In this document: positions 17,872 through 27,858 of the stretch, piece by piece
Layout: every line of letters starts with the position of its first letter
How positions within the stretch are numbered: position 1 is the first letter of the stretch
Assembly: GCA_964481275.1 (NCBI GenBank)
Contig: CAYZTD010000006.1
Coordinates: 27,643-91,642 of the forward strand
Source: an uncultured Thermoplasmatales archaeon
GTDB taxonomy: Archaea; Thermoplasmatota; E2; DHVEG-1
DNA: 64,000 nucleotides
Reading direction: 5' to 3'
Translations under genes and position numbers: made by a program
The notes under the pieces: model-generated
Told to the model about the DNA's origin: nothing
The model's database searches: none
Seen by the model: only the letters and a program-made list of their open reading frames with translations

Positions 17872-18906
17872 ATGGAGGCAATAATTTTAGCAGGCGGCTT
17901 TGGAACAAGACTTAGACCGTTAACATATACTAGAGCAAAACCGTTACTTCCGATTTTAAATAAACCAATGATTTCACATATTATAGAGTCTTTACCTCAA
18001 GAAATAGATAAAATAATACTTGCTGTGAACTACAGAAAAGATCAAATCGAAAAATATCTTAAAGAAAAAGAATATGAAATAGATATAATAGTAAACGATG
18101 AACCAAAACCTTTAGGAACTGGAGGAGCAGTAAAATTTGCTGAAAAACATATAACCGGACGTTTTCTTGTTTTAAATAGTGATATAATATGCTCAATTGA
18201 TCTAGCAAAAATGATAAATTTTCATAAAAAAAAGAATGCTGTTTCTACAATATCTCTGTGGCCTGTTGAAAATGTATCTGAATTTGGAGTTGCAGATGTA
18301 AAAGGAGAAGGGAAAATTGTTGGTTTTGTTGAAAAACCAAGTTCAGAAGAAGCACCTTCCGATCTCATAAACGCAGGGGCCTACTGTTTGGAACCTATGA
18401 TTCTTGATTATATAGAAACTGGGAAATTAGTTTCAATGGAGCAGAAGATATTTCCCCAAATAATTAAAGATACAGATAGGTTTTATGGTTTTAAATTTAG
18501 TGGATATTGGATGGATATCGGAAGGATAAGTAGTTATCTAGACATTCATAAGTTCTTACTTGATAAAAAAAACATAAAAAATTGTATAGGAGAAAATAGT
18601 GAGATAAAAGGAAACTTGAAAAAAACCACTCTTGGTAAAAATGTATATATTGGTAATAATTGCAAAGTTGAAAAAGCAGTTATATTTGATAATGCAAAAA
18701 TAGAGGATAATACTAATTTAAATAATTGTGTTATAGGTGAAAATACATTAGTCAAAAAATCTTCAAATATAAAAGATTCGGCAGTAGGTGACAATGAAAA
18801 AATAAATGAGAATACAAATATTGAAAACGAAATTATTTGGACTCAACCTAAACCTAAAGATTATCCTGATAAACAAATAGGAAATATATTAGAGAAAAAA
18901 GTATAA
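17872..18906 (+). CDS. sugar-1-phosphate nucleotidyltransferase with C-terminal left-handed beta-helix
   Basis: AIILAGGFGTRLRPLTYTRAKPLLPI signature, GTGGA, and C-terminal hexapeptide-like repeats (IGENSEI, IGNNCKV, IGENTLV). Confidence 0.85.
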   Translation: MEAIILAGGFGTRLRPLTYTRAKPLLPILNKPMISHIIESLPQEIDKIILAVNYRKDQIEKYLKEKEYEIDIIVNDEPKPLGTGGAVKFAEKHITGRFLVLNSDIICSIDLAKMINFHKKKNAVSTISLWPVENVSEFGVADVKGEGKIVGFVEKPSSEEAPSDLINAGAYCLEPMILDYIETGKLVSMEQKIFPQIIKDTDRFYGFKFSGYWMDIGRISSYLDIHKFLLDKKNIKNCIGENSEIKGNLKKTTLGKNVYIGNNCKVEKAVIFDNAKIEDNTNLNNCVIGENTLVKKSSNIKDSAVGDNEKINENTNIENEIIWTQPKPKDYPDKQIGNILEKKV

Positions 18907-18978
18907 TAGATTAAAACAATAAAAAAAGTGTTATATTTAATTTTTAATTATAGTTGAAAAAAATAAGGTGAAGATTAT

Positions 18979-20358
18979 ATGACTAAATTATTTGGAACAA
19001 ATGGTATACGAGGTGTAGTAAACAAAGATATGAATACAGATCTAGCTTTGAATATAGGAAAAGCTTGGGGCACATATCTTAAAAAAACAATTAAAAAACC
19101 TAAACTTGCAATAGGAACTGATGCGCGTCTTTCAAACCATATGTTAAAAAACGCTATAACATCTGGGCTTCTTTCTACAGGTTGTGATGTCGTGGATGTA
19201 GGTCTTGTCCCTACTCCAACTCTTCAATATTTTGTAAAAGAAAAAGATTTTGATTCAGGTGTAATTATTACTGCATCACATAACCCACCAGATTTCAATG
19301 GAATAAAAGGTGTAGCAAGTGATGGTACAGAATTTTCAAAAGATATAGAAGAGGAAATAGAAAAGATATATTTTGAAAAAAGTTTTTCACTTACATCATG
19401 GAAAGATGTTGGAAAAATATCTTTTTCCAATGATGCAATTGATCTATATATTAATGGTATTTTAAAAAATATTGATGTCGATTTAATTAAAAAGAAAAAC
19501 TTTCATATAGTGCTGGATTGTGGCAACGGCGCAGGAAGTGTTGTTACACCTAAGTTATTAGAAAAACTAGGTTGTAAAATTACTGAATTATATTGCAAAC
19601 CAGATGGTATGTTTCCAGGTCACAACTCCGAGCCGTTACCTGAAAATTTGACTGAACTTATTAGTAAAGTCCCAGAGGTAAATGCAGATTTAGGCGCAGC
19701 ACAAGATGGCGATGCAGATAGAGCAATTTTTGTAGATGAAAAAGGAAAATATATATGGGGCGATAAAACACTTGCTTTAGGAGCAAGATATGCTACAGAA
19801 AAAAAAGGTGGTATTGCTGTTACCCCTGTTACTACTTCTAGCTGTTTTGATGACGTAGTAAAACAAAATAACGGAAAAATAATTCATACAGCAGTAGGAT
19901 CACCGATTGTTGCTCGTGTCATGATTGATAAAAAATCTGTTTTTGGTGGTGAAGAAAACGGTGGACTTATTTTCCCTGAGATGCAGTATTGTAGAGATTC
20001 TGCCATGTCTATTGCAAAAATACTTGAGATAATGGCTAAAAAGGATAAAAAATTGTCAGAACTTATAGGTGAAATACCAAAATATGAAGTTTTTAAAACT
20101 AAACTCCCTTGCCCCAATGATAAAAAAGACATAATTATGAAAAAACTTATAGAAGAAACAAGAAATGATAAAAAAATACTTGAAATAGATGAAACAGATG
20201 GAGTCAAATTATATTTTGAAAACGGTTGGGTTTTAACGCGTCCTTCAGGTACAGAGCCTATTTTCCGCGTGTATTCTGAATCAAAAGATAAAAAAACAGC
20301 TGAAGGATTAGCTAATAAATACAAAAAAATAGTTGAAAATATAATAAAAAAATTATAA
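18979..20358 (+). CDS. glmM: phosphoglucosamine/phosphomannomutase family protein
   Basis: LFGTNGIRG, active-site TASHNPPDFNGIK, metal site DGDADR, and GEENGG. SD GGTGA upstream. Substrate specificity not resolved. Confidence 0.85.
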   Translation: MTKLFGTNGIRGVVNKDMNTDLALNIGKAWGTYLKKTIKKPKLAIGTDARLSNHMLKNAITSGLLSTGCDVVDVGLVPTPTLQYFVKEKDFDSGVIITASHNPPDFNGIKGVASDGTEFSKDIEEEIEKIYFEKSFSLTSWKDVGKISFSNDAIDLYINGILKNIDVDLIKKKNFHIVLDCGNGAGSVVTPKLLEKLGCKITELYCKPDGMFPGHNSEPLPENLTELISKVPEVNADLGAAQDGDADRAIFVDEKGKYIWGDKTLALGARYATEKKGGIAVTPVTTSSCFDDVVKQNNGKIIHTAVGSPIVARVMIDKKSVFGGEENGGLIFPEMQYCRDSAMSIAKILEIMAKKDKKLSELIGEIPKYEVFKTKLPCPNDKKDIIMKKLIEETRNDKKILEIDETDGVKLYFENGWVLTRPSGTEPIFRVYSESKDKKTAEGLANKYKKIVENIIKKL

Positions 20359-20449
20359 GATTTTTTGTTTTTTTCAAAGTAATAAATTAATAATAGTAGT
20401 TCTAATATTCGAATTCAAAAGAAAAAACACAAAATATGGATGATTAATA

Positions 20450-20869
20450 ATGACACAAGATGAAGAATTAAATAGATTAATGGTTATGGCCGAGCAATAT
20501 AAAGCACAGTTAAATCAAATAGACAATCAATTAGCATATATTCAACAGGCAATAAATGAATACAACAAATCAAAAATTACTATAGAAAATATAAGTAAAA
20601 CAGGAAAAAATTCAGATGTATTACTACCTATAGGAGGAGCTTCATATATAGATGCAAAAGCAAAAGATTCAACAAAAATACTTTTTGATATAGGAGCAGG
20701 ATATATAATAGAAAAAGATTCAGAAGATGCAATAAAAAAGATTGATAGTAGAATCAAAGAACTAGAAAAAAACATGGAAAAAATTGAAGAGTTAAGACAA
20801 CAAACTGAAAATGAAGCAACTGAAGTTTATCAAAAAGCACAAAAACTCTATCAGGAGCAAAACGAATAA
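20450..20869 (+). CDS. pfdA: prefoldin alpha subunit
   Basis: Coiled-coil / beta-hairpin / coiled-coil layout with VLLPIGGASYIDAKAKD...FDIGAGYIIEKD. It sits immediately upstream of ftsY, a conserved archaeal pairing. Confidence 0.85.
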   Translation: MTQDEELNRLMVMAEQYKAQLNQIDNQLAYIQQAINEYNKSKITIENISKTGKNSDVLLPIGGASYIDAKAKDSTKILFDIGAGYIIEKDSEDAIKKIDSRIKELEKNMEKIEELRQQTENEATEVYQKAQKLYQEQNE

Positions 20870-20886
20870 AAAAGGTAGAAGAAAAG

Positions 20887-22080
20887 ATGTTTAAATTTCT
20901 TAAAAATAAGTTAAAAAAATTTGAAGATAAACTCGAAGAAGAACTTGAAGAAGAATTAAAAAAAGAAGAAAAACCAAAAGAAAAGGTTCAACCTAAAGTT
21001 AAAAAAGAAGAAACAAAAACAATAGAAAAAAAAGTTAAAAAACCTGAACCAAAAAAAGAAGGAAAAAAAGAACCTATAAAAAAACCAAAAAAAGAAAAGA
21101 AAAAAATAAGCGAAGAAAAACAAAAACGTGAAGAAGAACTAGAGAAACAAATTGAAAAAAGTATTGAAACAGAACTCGAGCACACTCTCAAAACAAGAAA
21201 AAGTATAGGCGAAGTAGTAAAAAAAGAAGAAAGAGGTATAACACTTAGTGACGAAAGATTAGATGACCTTCTATGGGATTTAGAAGTAGGTTTACTCGAA
21301 TCTGATGTAGCATATTCTGTAATTGAATCTATTAAAAAAGACATTAAAGAAGAACTAAAAAATGTTACATTCAGTAGAAAAAAATTAAGTGAAACAATAG
21401 AAAATGTACTAAAAAATGCTATAAGCAATGTTTTAAAATCAAATGAGCTTGACTTCATAGAATTTATAGATAAAAAAGAAAAACCAGTAGTTATAATGTT
21501 TATCGGCGTAAATGGCAGTGGTAAAACTTTATCTATTGGAAAAATTGCTACCATGCTTAAGAAAAAAAGTTTTTCTTGTGTAATGGCTGCAGGTGATACA
21601 TTTAGAGCAGGTGCGATAGAACAATTATCAATACATGCCGAAAACGTTGGATGTAAAATAATAAAACATGGTGCTGGAGCAGATCCAGCTGCAGTAGCAT
21701 TTGATGCAATAGAACATGCCAAAGCAAAACATAAAGATGTTGTACTTTTAGATACAGCAGGTCGTGTTCAAACAAACATTAACCTTATGGATGAAATGGC
21801 AAAGATTAAAAGAGTTGCAAAACCTGATTTAATTATTTTTGTAGGAGATGCTCTTTCTGGAAATGATGCAGTAGAACAAGCAAAAAGATTCAATGAAATT
21901 GTAGGAATAGATGGAGTCATTCTTACAAAAGTTGATACAGATGCAAAAGGTGGAAGTGCCCTTAGTGTTGCATATACTATAGGTAAACCCTTGCTTTTTT
22001 TAGGTGTCGGTCAAGGATATGAAGACCAAATAGCTTTTGATCCAGAATGGATGCTTGGAAATATTTTTGGTAAAAAATAA
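20887..22080 (+). CDS. ftsY: signal recognition particle receptor FtsY
   Basis: K/E-rich A-domain followed by the NG domain: GVNGSGKTLSIGK, DTAGR, TKVDTDAKGG. Confidence 0.95.
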   Translation: MFKFLKNKLKKFEDKLEEELEEELKKEEKPKEKVQPKVKKEETKTIEKKVKKPEPKKEGKKEPIKKPKKEKKKISEEKQKREEELEKQIEKSIETELEHTLKTRKSIGEVVKKEERGITLSDERLDDLLWDLEVGLLESDVAYSVIESIKKDIKEELKNVTFSRKKLSETIENVLKNAISNVLKSNELDFIEFIDKKEKPVVIMFIGVNGSGKTLSIGKIATMLKKKSFSCVMAAGDTFRAGAIEQLSIHAENVGCKIIKHGAGADPAAVAFDAIEHAKAKHKDVVLLDTAGRVQTNINLMDEMAKIKRVAKPDLIIFVGDALSGNDAVEQAKRFNEIVGIDGVILTKVDTDAKGGSALSVAYTIGKPLLFLGVGQGYEDQIAFDPEWMLGNIFGKK

Positions 22081-22414
22081 ATCCTAATTTTTATTACGAT
22101 TTTCCTTTTGGGAAAGAGATGTAAAGAAAGCGGGATAGATTTGTACAACAAGTCCTTTTAAACCCTTTTTACAAAGTTTATTTTGAGGAGATAAAAAATG
22201 ATGATCGTAGGACAAATATCATCCAAACAAGAAGCAAAAGAAATGGAATTCGTAGCAAAATGTTTAGTTGTTGGAAATAGAGCAAAGGTACTAGCTAAAC
22301 AAATAAGATAATGAAGGTAGCATAATATGAAAGACAAAAAGAAAGATAAAAATAAAAAAACAATACCTGCTGATATACCTATCATATGGGTAAATATTTA
22401 AATTTTTATTAACT

Positions 22415-22846
22415 TTAATCTTTCCATATTGGTTTTACCCAAGAATCCATAAATCTTTCTGAAAGATCAGGTCTTGCTTTTGAAATATCTGTAACTGTTA
22501 TTATTCCAACTATTTCACCATTTTTTATAACTGGTAGTTTTTTAATATTATTAATTATCATTATTTTACTTGCTTTATCCAACCGTTCCAGATAATGTAT
22601 TGTTATTACATCACTTGACATGATATCTTTTACTTTAGTTGTTTCTGGGGGCATTTTGTTACATATTGTTCGTTCAATAATATCACGTTCTGTTATGATT
22701 CCTATACATTCTTCATTTTCTTTTACTATCAAACAACCCACTTTATGTTTTTTATAAAGATTGGCAGCATCCAATACAGATTGTTCTTTATCTATTGTAA
22801 CAACATTTTTTGTCATAACTTCTTTTACAAGCATAAATCTCACCAT
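22415..22846 (-). CDS. CBS domain pair protein
   Basis: Two CBS repeats (VMTKNVVTIDKEQSVLDA...GCLIV and IMSSDVITIH...KLPVIKNGEIVGIITVTDI). Confidence 0.85.
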   Translation of the reverse strand: MVRFMLVKEVMTKNVVTIDKEQSVLDAANLYKKHKVGCLIVKENEECIGIITERDIIERTICNKMPPETTKVKDIMSSDVITIHYLERLDKASKIMIINNIKKLPVIKNGEIVGIITVTDISKARPDLSERFMDSWVKPIWKD

Positions 22847-22931
22847 CCAATATGTAAAATCTTATTTAAAAGAATATAAACCCTAATATATTTATATAAC
22901 AAACGATAATATTCAAAATAATTAATATAGT

Positions 22932-23453
22932 GTGATACATGTGAAAATTAAAAAAAGAGATAAAATACTTAATGACATAATAAGAGATGGGAAAAAACAT
23001 CCAAAAAGATGGAGTGCAGCTTTTGGAAAAGACAATAAGAGATTATCTAGAGATTACTATGTATCTCATCCTAAAGTTGGTATATACCTGCTGAAAGAAT
23101 ATAATAAAAATCCTTTTAATATAAATGGTATCGGTGGAAAAATAGCAAGACGTATAGATCAAGATATCGAAGCTGAAATACATAAACATGACGGAGATTT
23201 TGGGATAGTTCAGGGTAATTTTCAAAAAGTTTTAAAAAATCTTGAAAAAGGTATCAAACCTGAAAAAATTTTTGAATCAGCTTTTAAAGGGAAAAAAGAT
23301 TTAGGATTAAAAATGCCTGTTAAAGGAAAAGCAAGTAGTTCTAAAAAAATCTTTGATCAAATAAATATAAACTCTTCTAAAAACCAGAAGAAAATTAATG
23401 AAAAATTTGAAAAAATTGCTTACGATGATGGATTGTACAAAGGATATGATTAA
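22932..23453 (+). CDS. hypothetical protein (basic, no recognised domain)
   Basis: 173-aa ORF with a GTG start. The composition is protein-like and I recognise no motif. Confidence 0.45.
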   Translation: MIHVKIKKRDKILNDIIRDGKKHPKRWSAAFGKDNKRLSRDYYVSHPKVGIYLLKEYNKNPFNINGIGGKIARRIDQDIEAEIHKHDGDFGIVQGNFQKVLKNLEKGIKPEKIFESAFKGKKDLGLKMPVKGKASSSKKIFDQININSSKNQKKINEKFEKIAYDDGLYKGYD

Positions 23454-24766
23454 TCCAAATATTTTTTGATTTGATTTACTGCTTTTTTTCTTTTTTCTTG
23501 AATTTCTACAAGCATTTTCTCCATAAGTTCTGATGCATATCTTTTACACATACCACACATTTGTTTTCCTTTTTTACATGAGTTATAAATATTTTGTAAT
23601 TCTTTATCATCCTCTATTAGATGATATAAAAACAATTCATATACAACACATTCATCAGGTTTACCACCATGTTTTTTTTGTTCTTCAAGGGATACTGCAC
23701 CACCTGTTTTACAATTCATTATCTTTTTCTTTGCAATTTCTGGTGTGTCTGTTAAAAAAATAGCACTTTCTGGTTTTGACGATGACATTTTATCACCTGT
23801 GAGACCAGTCATAAACCTATGAAAAGTAGCAGATGGTTGAAAAAAACCATATCCTCCTTTTTGTGGTTCTATCAAAGCTAGTTCAAGATTTATCTTTTCT
23901 ATATCTTCTTCTTTCGCATCATCTATGTATATTGCTTTATAGTTAGTTATTTTCCTTAGTTTTTTAAAACCCATCTTTTTTAGTTTTTTTTCTGCAAAAT
24001 TGAGAAGTTCTTCTATATTTTCATCTATTTTTACAAAAACACCTATTTTTTTATCTTTTGTTTTTGTAACATTATAAAATCTATATGATTGTGCTACATC
24101 CCGGCTGAGACGTATGTGAGGATCTTGATCTACTCCTACTGGTACAAGAGTTGGTTTGTTTCCACCATATTTTTTAAGTTGAACATGTAAGATATCGCCA
24201 TTTTGTATAAGTGGTGAAAAGATATGAGCCATACTGCTTGATCCTTTGAAGCCATATGTTGCTTGCATCTGTGACCAATTGATTTTTTTACTAAGAATAT
24301 AAGCTAAATCTTTTACATCTTCATTTTTTGACTGAAAATATATTCTACAGTTCTTAGGTTTTAACCCGAGAGCAATATAATTTGGTATATATTCAGTAAG
24401 AGCAAAATCTTTTGTTTCATCCATACTTAACTCTCTTGTAGCATATGCTTCAATATCTGCAACAGCAATGTTTATTTCTGCACCTATGCTCTGATAAAAA
24501 ATTAGCTGATCTATTACCATCTTATGTCCGAGATGCATCTTTCCTGATGGCATTAATCCTGTAAGAATAGCCCAAGGTTTTTTGTTTTTTATAGAATCTA
24601 TGATTAAATCATATCCTCTATGCCCAAAAACTATCCCTCGTCTTAGTAATTTATTTGATTTTGGTAGTTTTTTTAACATCTTTTTATTAAATTCATCTAT
24701 TCCAAATTCATCTCTAAGCCTTGAATAATCTTGATAAGTAGTTGAACTCCATGGATCTATTTTCAT
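23450..24766 (-). CDS. trpS: tryptophan--tRNA ligase, archaeal/eukaryotic type
   Basis: SGKMHLGH (HIGH-like), VGVDQDPHIRLSRD, GDKMSSSKPESAIFLTD (KMSKS), and C-terminal DECVVYE...CKKGKQMCGMCK. The track start is TTG 24787; ATG 24766 (MKIDPWSS) is preferred. Confidence 0.85.
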   Translation of the reverse strand: MKIDPWSSTTYQDYSRLRDEFGIDEFNKKMLKKLPKSNKLLRRGIVFGHRGYDLIIDSIKNKKPWAILTGLMPSGKMHLGHKMVIDQLIFYQSIGAEINIAVADIEAYATRELSMDETKDFALTEYIPNYIALGLKPKNCRIYFQSKNEDVKDLAYILSKKINWSQMQATYGFKGSSSMAHIFSPLIQNGDILHVQLKKYGGNKPTLVPVGVDQDPHIRLSRDVAQSYRFYNVTKTKDKKIGVFVKIDENIEELLNFAEKKLKKMGFKKLRKITNYKAIYIDDAKEEDIEKINLELALIEPQKGGYGFFQPSATFHRFMTGLTGDKMSSSKPESAIFLTDTPEIAKKKIMNCKTGGAVSLEEQKKHGGKPDECVVYELFLYHLIEDDKELQNIYNSCKKGKQMCGMCKRYASELMEKMLVEIQEKRKKAVNQIKKYLD

Positions 24767-24890
24767 AAATATCAATATCTTAAACAAGATTCATTTCAAA
24801 AAACTTACCTTTTGTTGAAATTATTATTTACCAAAAGGTTTTTATATATTATTACATTTATAATTATAGAAAAAATAAAATGTGATGAAT

Positions 24891-25346
24891 ATGAAATTAG
24901 AGAGAAAAAGCATAACTTTTTTAGTAATAGGTATGATGCTAGTAATACCAATCTCTGCCATGGGCCAGAATTTAAAGACATGCGACACAAAAGATAACAG
25001 CTATATTAAAATAAATGGTGAAGATGACTCTGTTATCACATATGGCGGCTTTTTAAGAATAAGAGTAAATATCGATCCAGATGAGAATTTAAATAACCAA
25101 GATTATTTTTCTGTTGTTTATATCCAATTTAACGATGGAAATCGTGTAAGATTAGAAGGCAGTATTAAGGGATGTACTTCCCGTATGATATATCTTTATA
25201 GATCCTTAGATGGTGTTCTTACTGGTAGGACCGGATCTATAACAGTAAACGTTGAAATTCGTAAAAGCACTGGTGGCGGTTGGTCTGAAACTATCCAAAC
25301 CGATGAAGAAACAGGAAGTTACTGGGGTCCTTTTGTCTTTATTTAA
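24891..25346 (+). CDS. small secreted protein, hypothetical
   Basis: Signal peptide KSITFLVIGMMLVIPISAMG. ATG 24891 lies 4 nt after the SD GTGAT, and the track start 24882 is the GTG of that SD. Confidence 0.55.
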   Translation: MKLERKSITFLVIGMMLVIPISAMGQNLKTCDTKDNSYIKINGEDDSVITYGGFLRIRVNIDPDENLNNQDYFSVVYIQFNDGNRVRLEGSIKGCTSRMIYLYRSLDGVLTGRTGSITVNVEIRKSTGGGWSETIQTDEETGSYWGPFVFI

Positions 25347-25519
25347 AAATATCAATAACTACAAATCTCTTTTTTTTCTAATTTTAAGTTATTTGTTAAG
25401 GACAAATCGTTTTTTAAAAAACTTTCCTTTTTGGATAGAATTAGGATAAAAGAACAGCAAAATTTATATATAATGTAATTATATATTAAATATACTATAA
25501 TAATTTCGATGTGATAAAA

Positions 25520-27673
25520 ATGAAAAAAAAGATAATAGCAATATTTATAACAAGTATTTTTTTGTTAAGCACTTTTAGCGCAATATCTATAGGTACAAAA
25601 ACAATATACGAAAAAAACAATACTATACAAAATTTTACTTTTACATCTGATGATGAAAAATGGGGATTGGTAGTACCAGAAGGATGGAATGATAACGAAG
25701 ACAAATTTAATCCAATATCTGCTAGATCCAACCTACCGGACAGATTTGACTGGAGAGAACTAAATGGATGTCCACCAATTAGAGATCAAGGTATGTGTGG
25801 AAGTTGTTGGGCTTTTGCAACAGTTGGTGTTCTTGAGTGCAATATTAAAATAAAGGAAGGTAAAGAAGTAGATCTATCAGAACAATGGCTCGTAAGCTGT
25901 AATACCTATGTAGATTCATGGGGAAGGCATTGGGGTTGTGATGGCGGATGGTACGCACATGATTATTTTATGGAAGAACCTGTAGGAGAAAAATATGTTG
26001 ATGAATGTGGTCAAACAGGTGCTGTTCTAGAAAAAAATTTTCCTTACGGAAGTCAAGAATGGGCAGATACAGGATATGTTCCAAATTGTGAATGCCCATA
26101 CCCACATCGATATTACATAAAAGATTGGAAATATATTGGGAGTCAAAATGGCAATACAATTGACCAAATAAAAAGTGCTATTCTTAACTATGGACCTATA
26201 GCATGCGCGGTTTATTGTGATAGCAATTGGGGAGAGTATAAAGGAGGAGTTTTTGATTATGATATTAACGCACCAAACGTTAATCACGCTGTAGTTTTGG
26301 TTGGATGGGATGATAATCAAGGTACAAATGGTGTATGGTTTCTAAGAAACTCATGGGGTCCTGACTGGGGGGAAGATAAAAATGGATTACCCTGGGACGA
26401 ATCACCAATGGGCGGAGGATATATGCGTATAGAATATAGCACATGTAACATTGGTCATTCAGCAAATTATATAGTATACGAACCAGAAATTCATACAATA
26501 GATTTAGATTTTACAATGCATAAAATAAAGGCTCTTGACAACATAGAACAAACTGAAGCTGAAGGTGAAGCAGATTGGTCTTATCAAATTTCCGTTCTTA
26601 GAGACAAAGAGTGGATTACAGTAGAAAATAATGATTACTCTGAAAACCAAGATGAAATAGTAAAGGATGTTAAACACGAGTTTAAAGTTACAGATAAAGT
26701 AGTTCCTATAAAAATAAAAGTCTGGGATAGAGATGAAGACGGAGATGATCTGGCAGATGCAAGTTCACATGAAGGTGGTGGAAAATATAACGATACATCA
26801 GATAGAAGAGGAGCTATATTTCATGGAAAATATGATATCCTTAACCATTCATTAATCGATAATTTCGAAGATTCAGAAATCGATGTTTTTGAAAAACGTG
26901 TTAATGGAATAGAAAGTTATTATTTTACTTCCGGAGAACTACCTCCAGACAACAGTATTGACGAAGAAGAATTGGATGTAGAAGTTTGGTTTAAAATCGA
27001 GGATAAATATTTACAACCCGAACCAACAATTCAAGGACCATCAGATGTAGTTCAAAGAAGAGCATTGGTACTTTATGGAGATGTAGAAAATGGAATAGCA
27101 CCATATACATATGAATGGGATCTCAATGACAACGGAAGATATGATGACGATGAAGATGCAGAGGGAAGTATGACATATAATGCATGGCCAAAAGCTGGAA
27201 CATATAAAATTAACCTTAGAATAAAAGATGGTTTTGACCAAATTGACGAAATATCAAAAATTATAGAAGTTGAAGAAAACCAACCTCCAGTAACATGTAT
27301 CAAAGGACCTACAAAAATTGAAAAAGATAAATTTTATACTTGGGAGATCTATGCTGTAGATCCAAATGGCGATCAAGTACGTTTATGGATACAAACACCA
27401 GGTGAGAAAATATGGGAAGTTGATTGGTCAGAAAACTACTATGACTCGGGGGAGATAGTTGAGTATACTGCAAGTTTTGGTGGACGTGGACCAAGATTAC
27501 CTATAAATTTTAATGCAAAAGCTAAAGATATAGATAATTTAGAAGGTGAAGAAACAAGTTTAAAAGTAACTTTTCCGAAAAGTAAAGGAATTAATCAAAG
27601 AATTATTTTTACTCTAAAACAAATGATGTATAAGAATGGATTATTACTAGAACTTCTCAATTATTTCTCATAA
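25520..27673 (+). CDS. secreted papain-family (C1) cysteine protease with C-terminal PKD-like domains
   Basis: Signal peptide. Catalytic QGMCGSCWAFATVG (Cys), NHAVVLVGWD (His), and WFLRNSWGPDWGE (Asn/Trp). PKD-like YEWDLNDNGRYDD. Start moved to ATG 25520 after GTGAT. Confidence 0.85.
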   Translation: MKKKIIAIFITSIFLLSTFSAISIGTKTIYEKNNTIQNFTFTSDDEKWGLVVPEGWNDNEDKFNPISARSNLPDRFDWRELNGCPPIRDQGMCGSCWAFATVGVLECNIKIKEGKEVDLSEQWLVSCNTYVDSWGRHWGCDGGWYAHDYFMEEPVGEKYVDECGQTGAVLEKNFPYGSQEWADTGYVPNCECPYPHRYYIKDWKYIGSQNGNTIDQIKSAILNYGPIACAVYCDSNWGEYKGGVFDYDINAPNVNHAVVLVGWDDNQGTNGVWFLRNSWGPDWGEDKNGLPWDESPMGGGYMRIEYSTCNIGHSANYIVYEPEIHTIDLDFTMHKIKALDNIEQTEAEGEADWSYQISVLRDKEWITVENNDYSENQDEIVKDVKHEFKVTDKVVPIKIKVWDRDEDGDDLADASSHEGGGKYNDTSDRRGAIFHGKYDILNHSLIDNFEDSEIDVFEKRVNGIESYYFTSGELPPDNSIDEEELDVEVWFKIEDKYLQPEPTIQGPSDVVQRRALVLYGDVENGIAPYTYEWDLNDNGRYDDDEDAEGSMTYNAWPKAGTYKINLRIKDGFDQIDEISKIIEVEENQPPVTCIKGPTKIEKDKFYTWEIYAVDPNGDQVRLWIQTPGEKIWEVDWSENYYDSGEIVEYTASFGGRGPRLPINFNAKAKDIDNLEGEETSLKVTFPKSKGINQRIIFTLKQMMYKNGLLLELLNYFS

Positions 27674-27693
27674 AAAATTATTAAAGATAATAG

Positions 27694-27781
27694 CGCTGAG
27701 GGGGAGATTTGAACTCCCGCTCCCCAGATGGAGAACCGGCTCTCAAGGCCGGCGCGGTAGGCCGGGCTTTGCTACCTCAGC
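27694..27781 (-). tRNA. tRNA-Ser (anticodon UGA)
   Basis: Hand-folded 88 nt. 7-bp acceptor GCTGAGG/CCTCAGC, anticodon stem CCGGC/GCCGG with loop CUUGAGA, long variable arm CTCC..GGAG, T-arm GGGAG-TTCAAAT-CTCCC, discriminator G. The D-stem has one mismatch. Confidence 0.88.
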
Positions 27782-27858
27782 AAAAAAATAAACTAAATTT
27801 TAGTAATAAATAGATAATAAAAAAATGTTTTTGATTAATTAATAGAATCTTAGCAATT

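Noticed and set aside
20920-21130. Repetitive-looking K/E/P-rich stretch (KKEEKPKEKVQPKVKKEETK...)
   Set aside because: It is the low-complexity charged A-domain of FtsY, in frame with the NG domain. It is not a tandem DNA repeat, CRISPR array or mobile element.
20988-21722. 244-aa ORF antisense to ftsY
   Set aside because: It lies entirely within the strongly supported ftsY gene on the opposite strand. Its composition is S/F/I-rich, as expected from reading an A/G-rich coding strand backwards. There are no motifs.
22158-22385. 75-aa minus ORF and two tiny plus ORFs (37 and 24 aa) in the ftsY / CBS spacer
   Set aside because: There is no SD and no motif, and the frames conflict with one another. 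Nothing can be supported from sequence alone.
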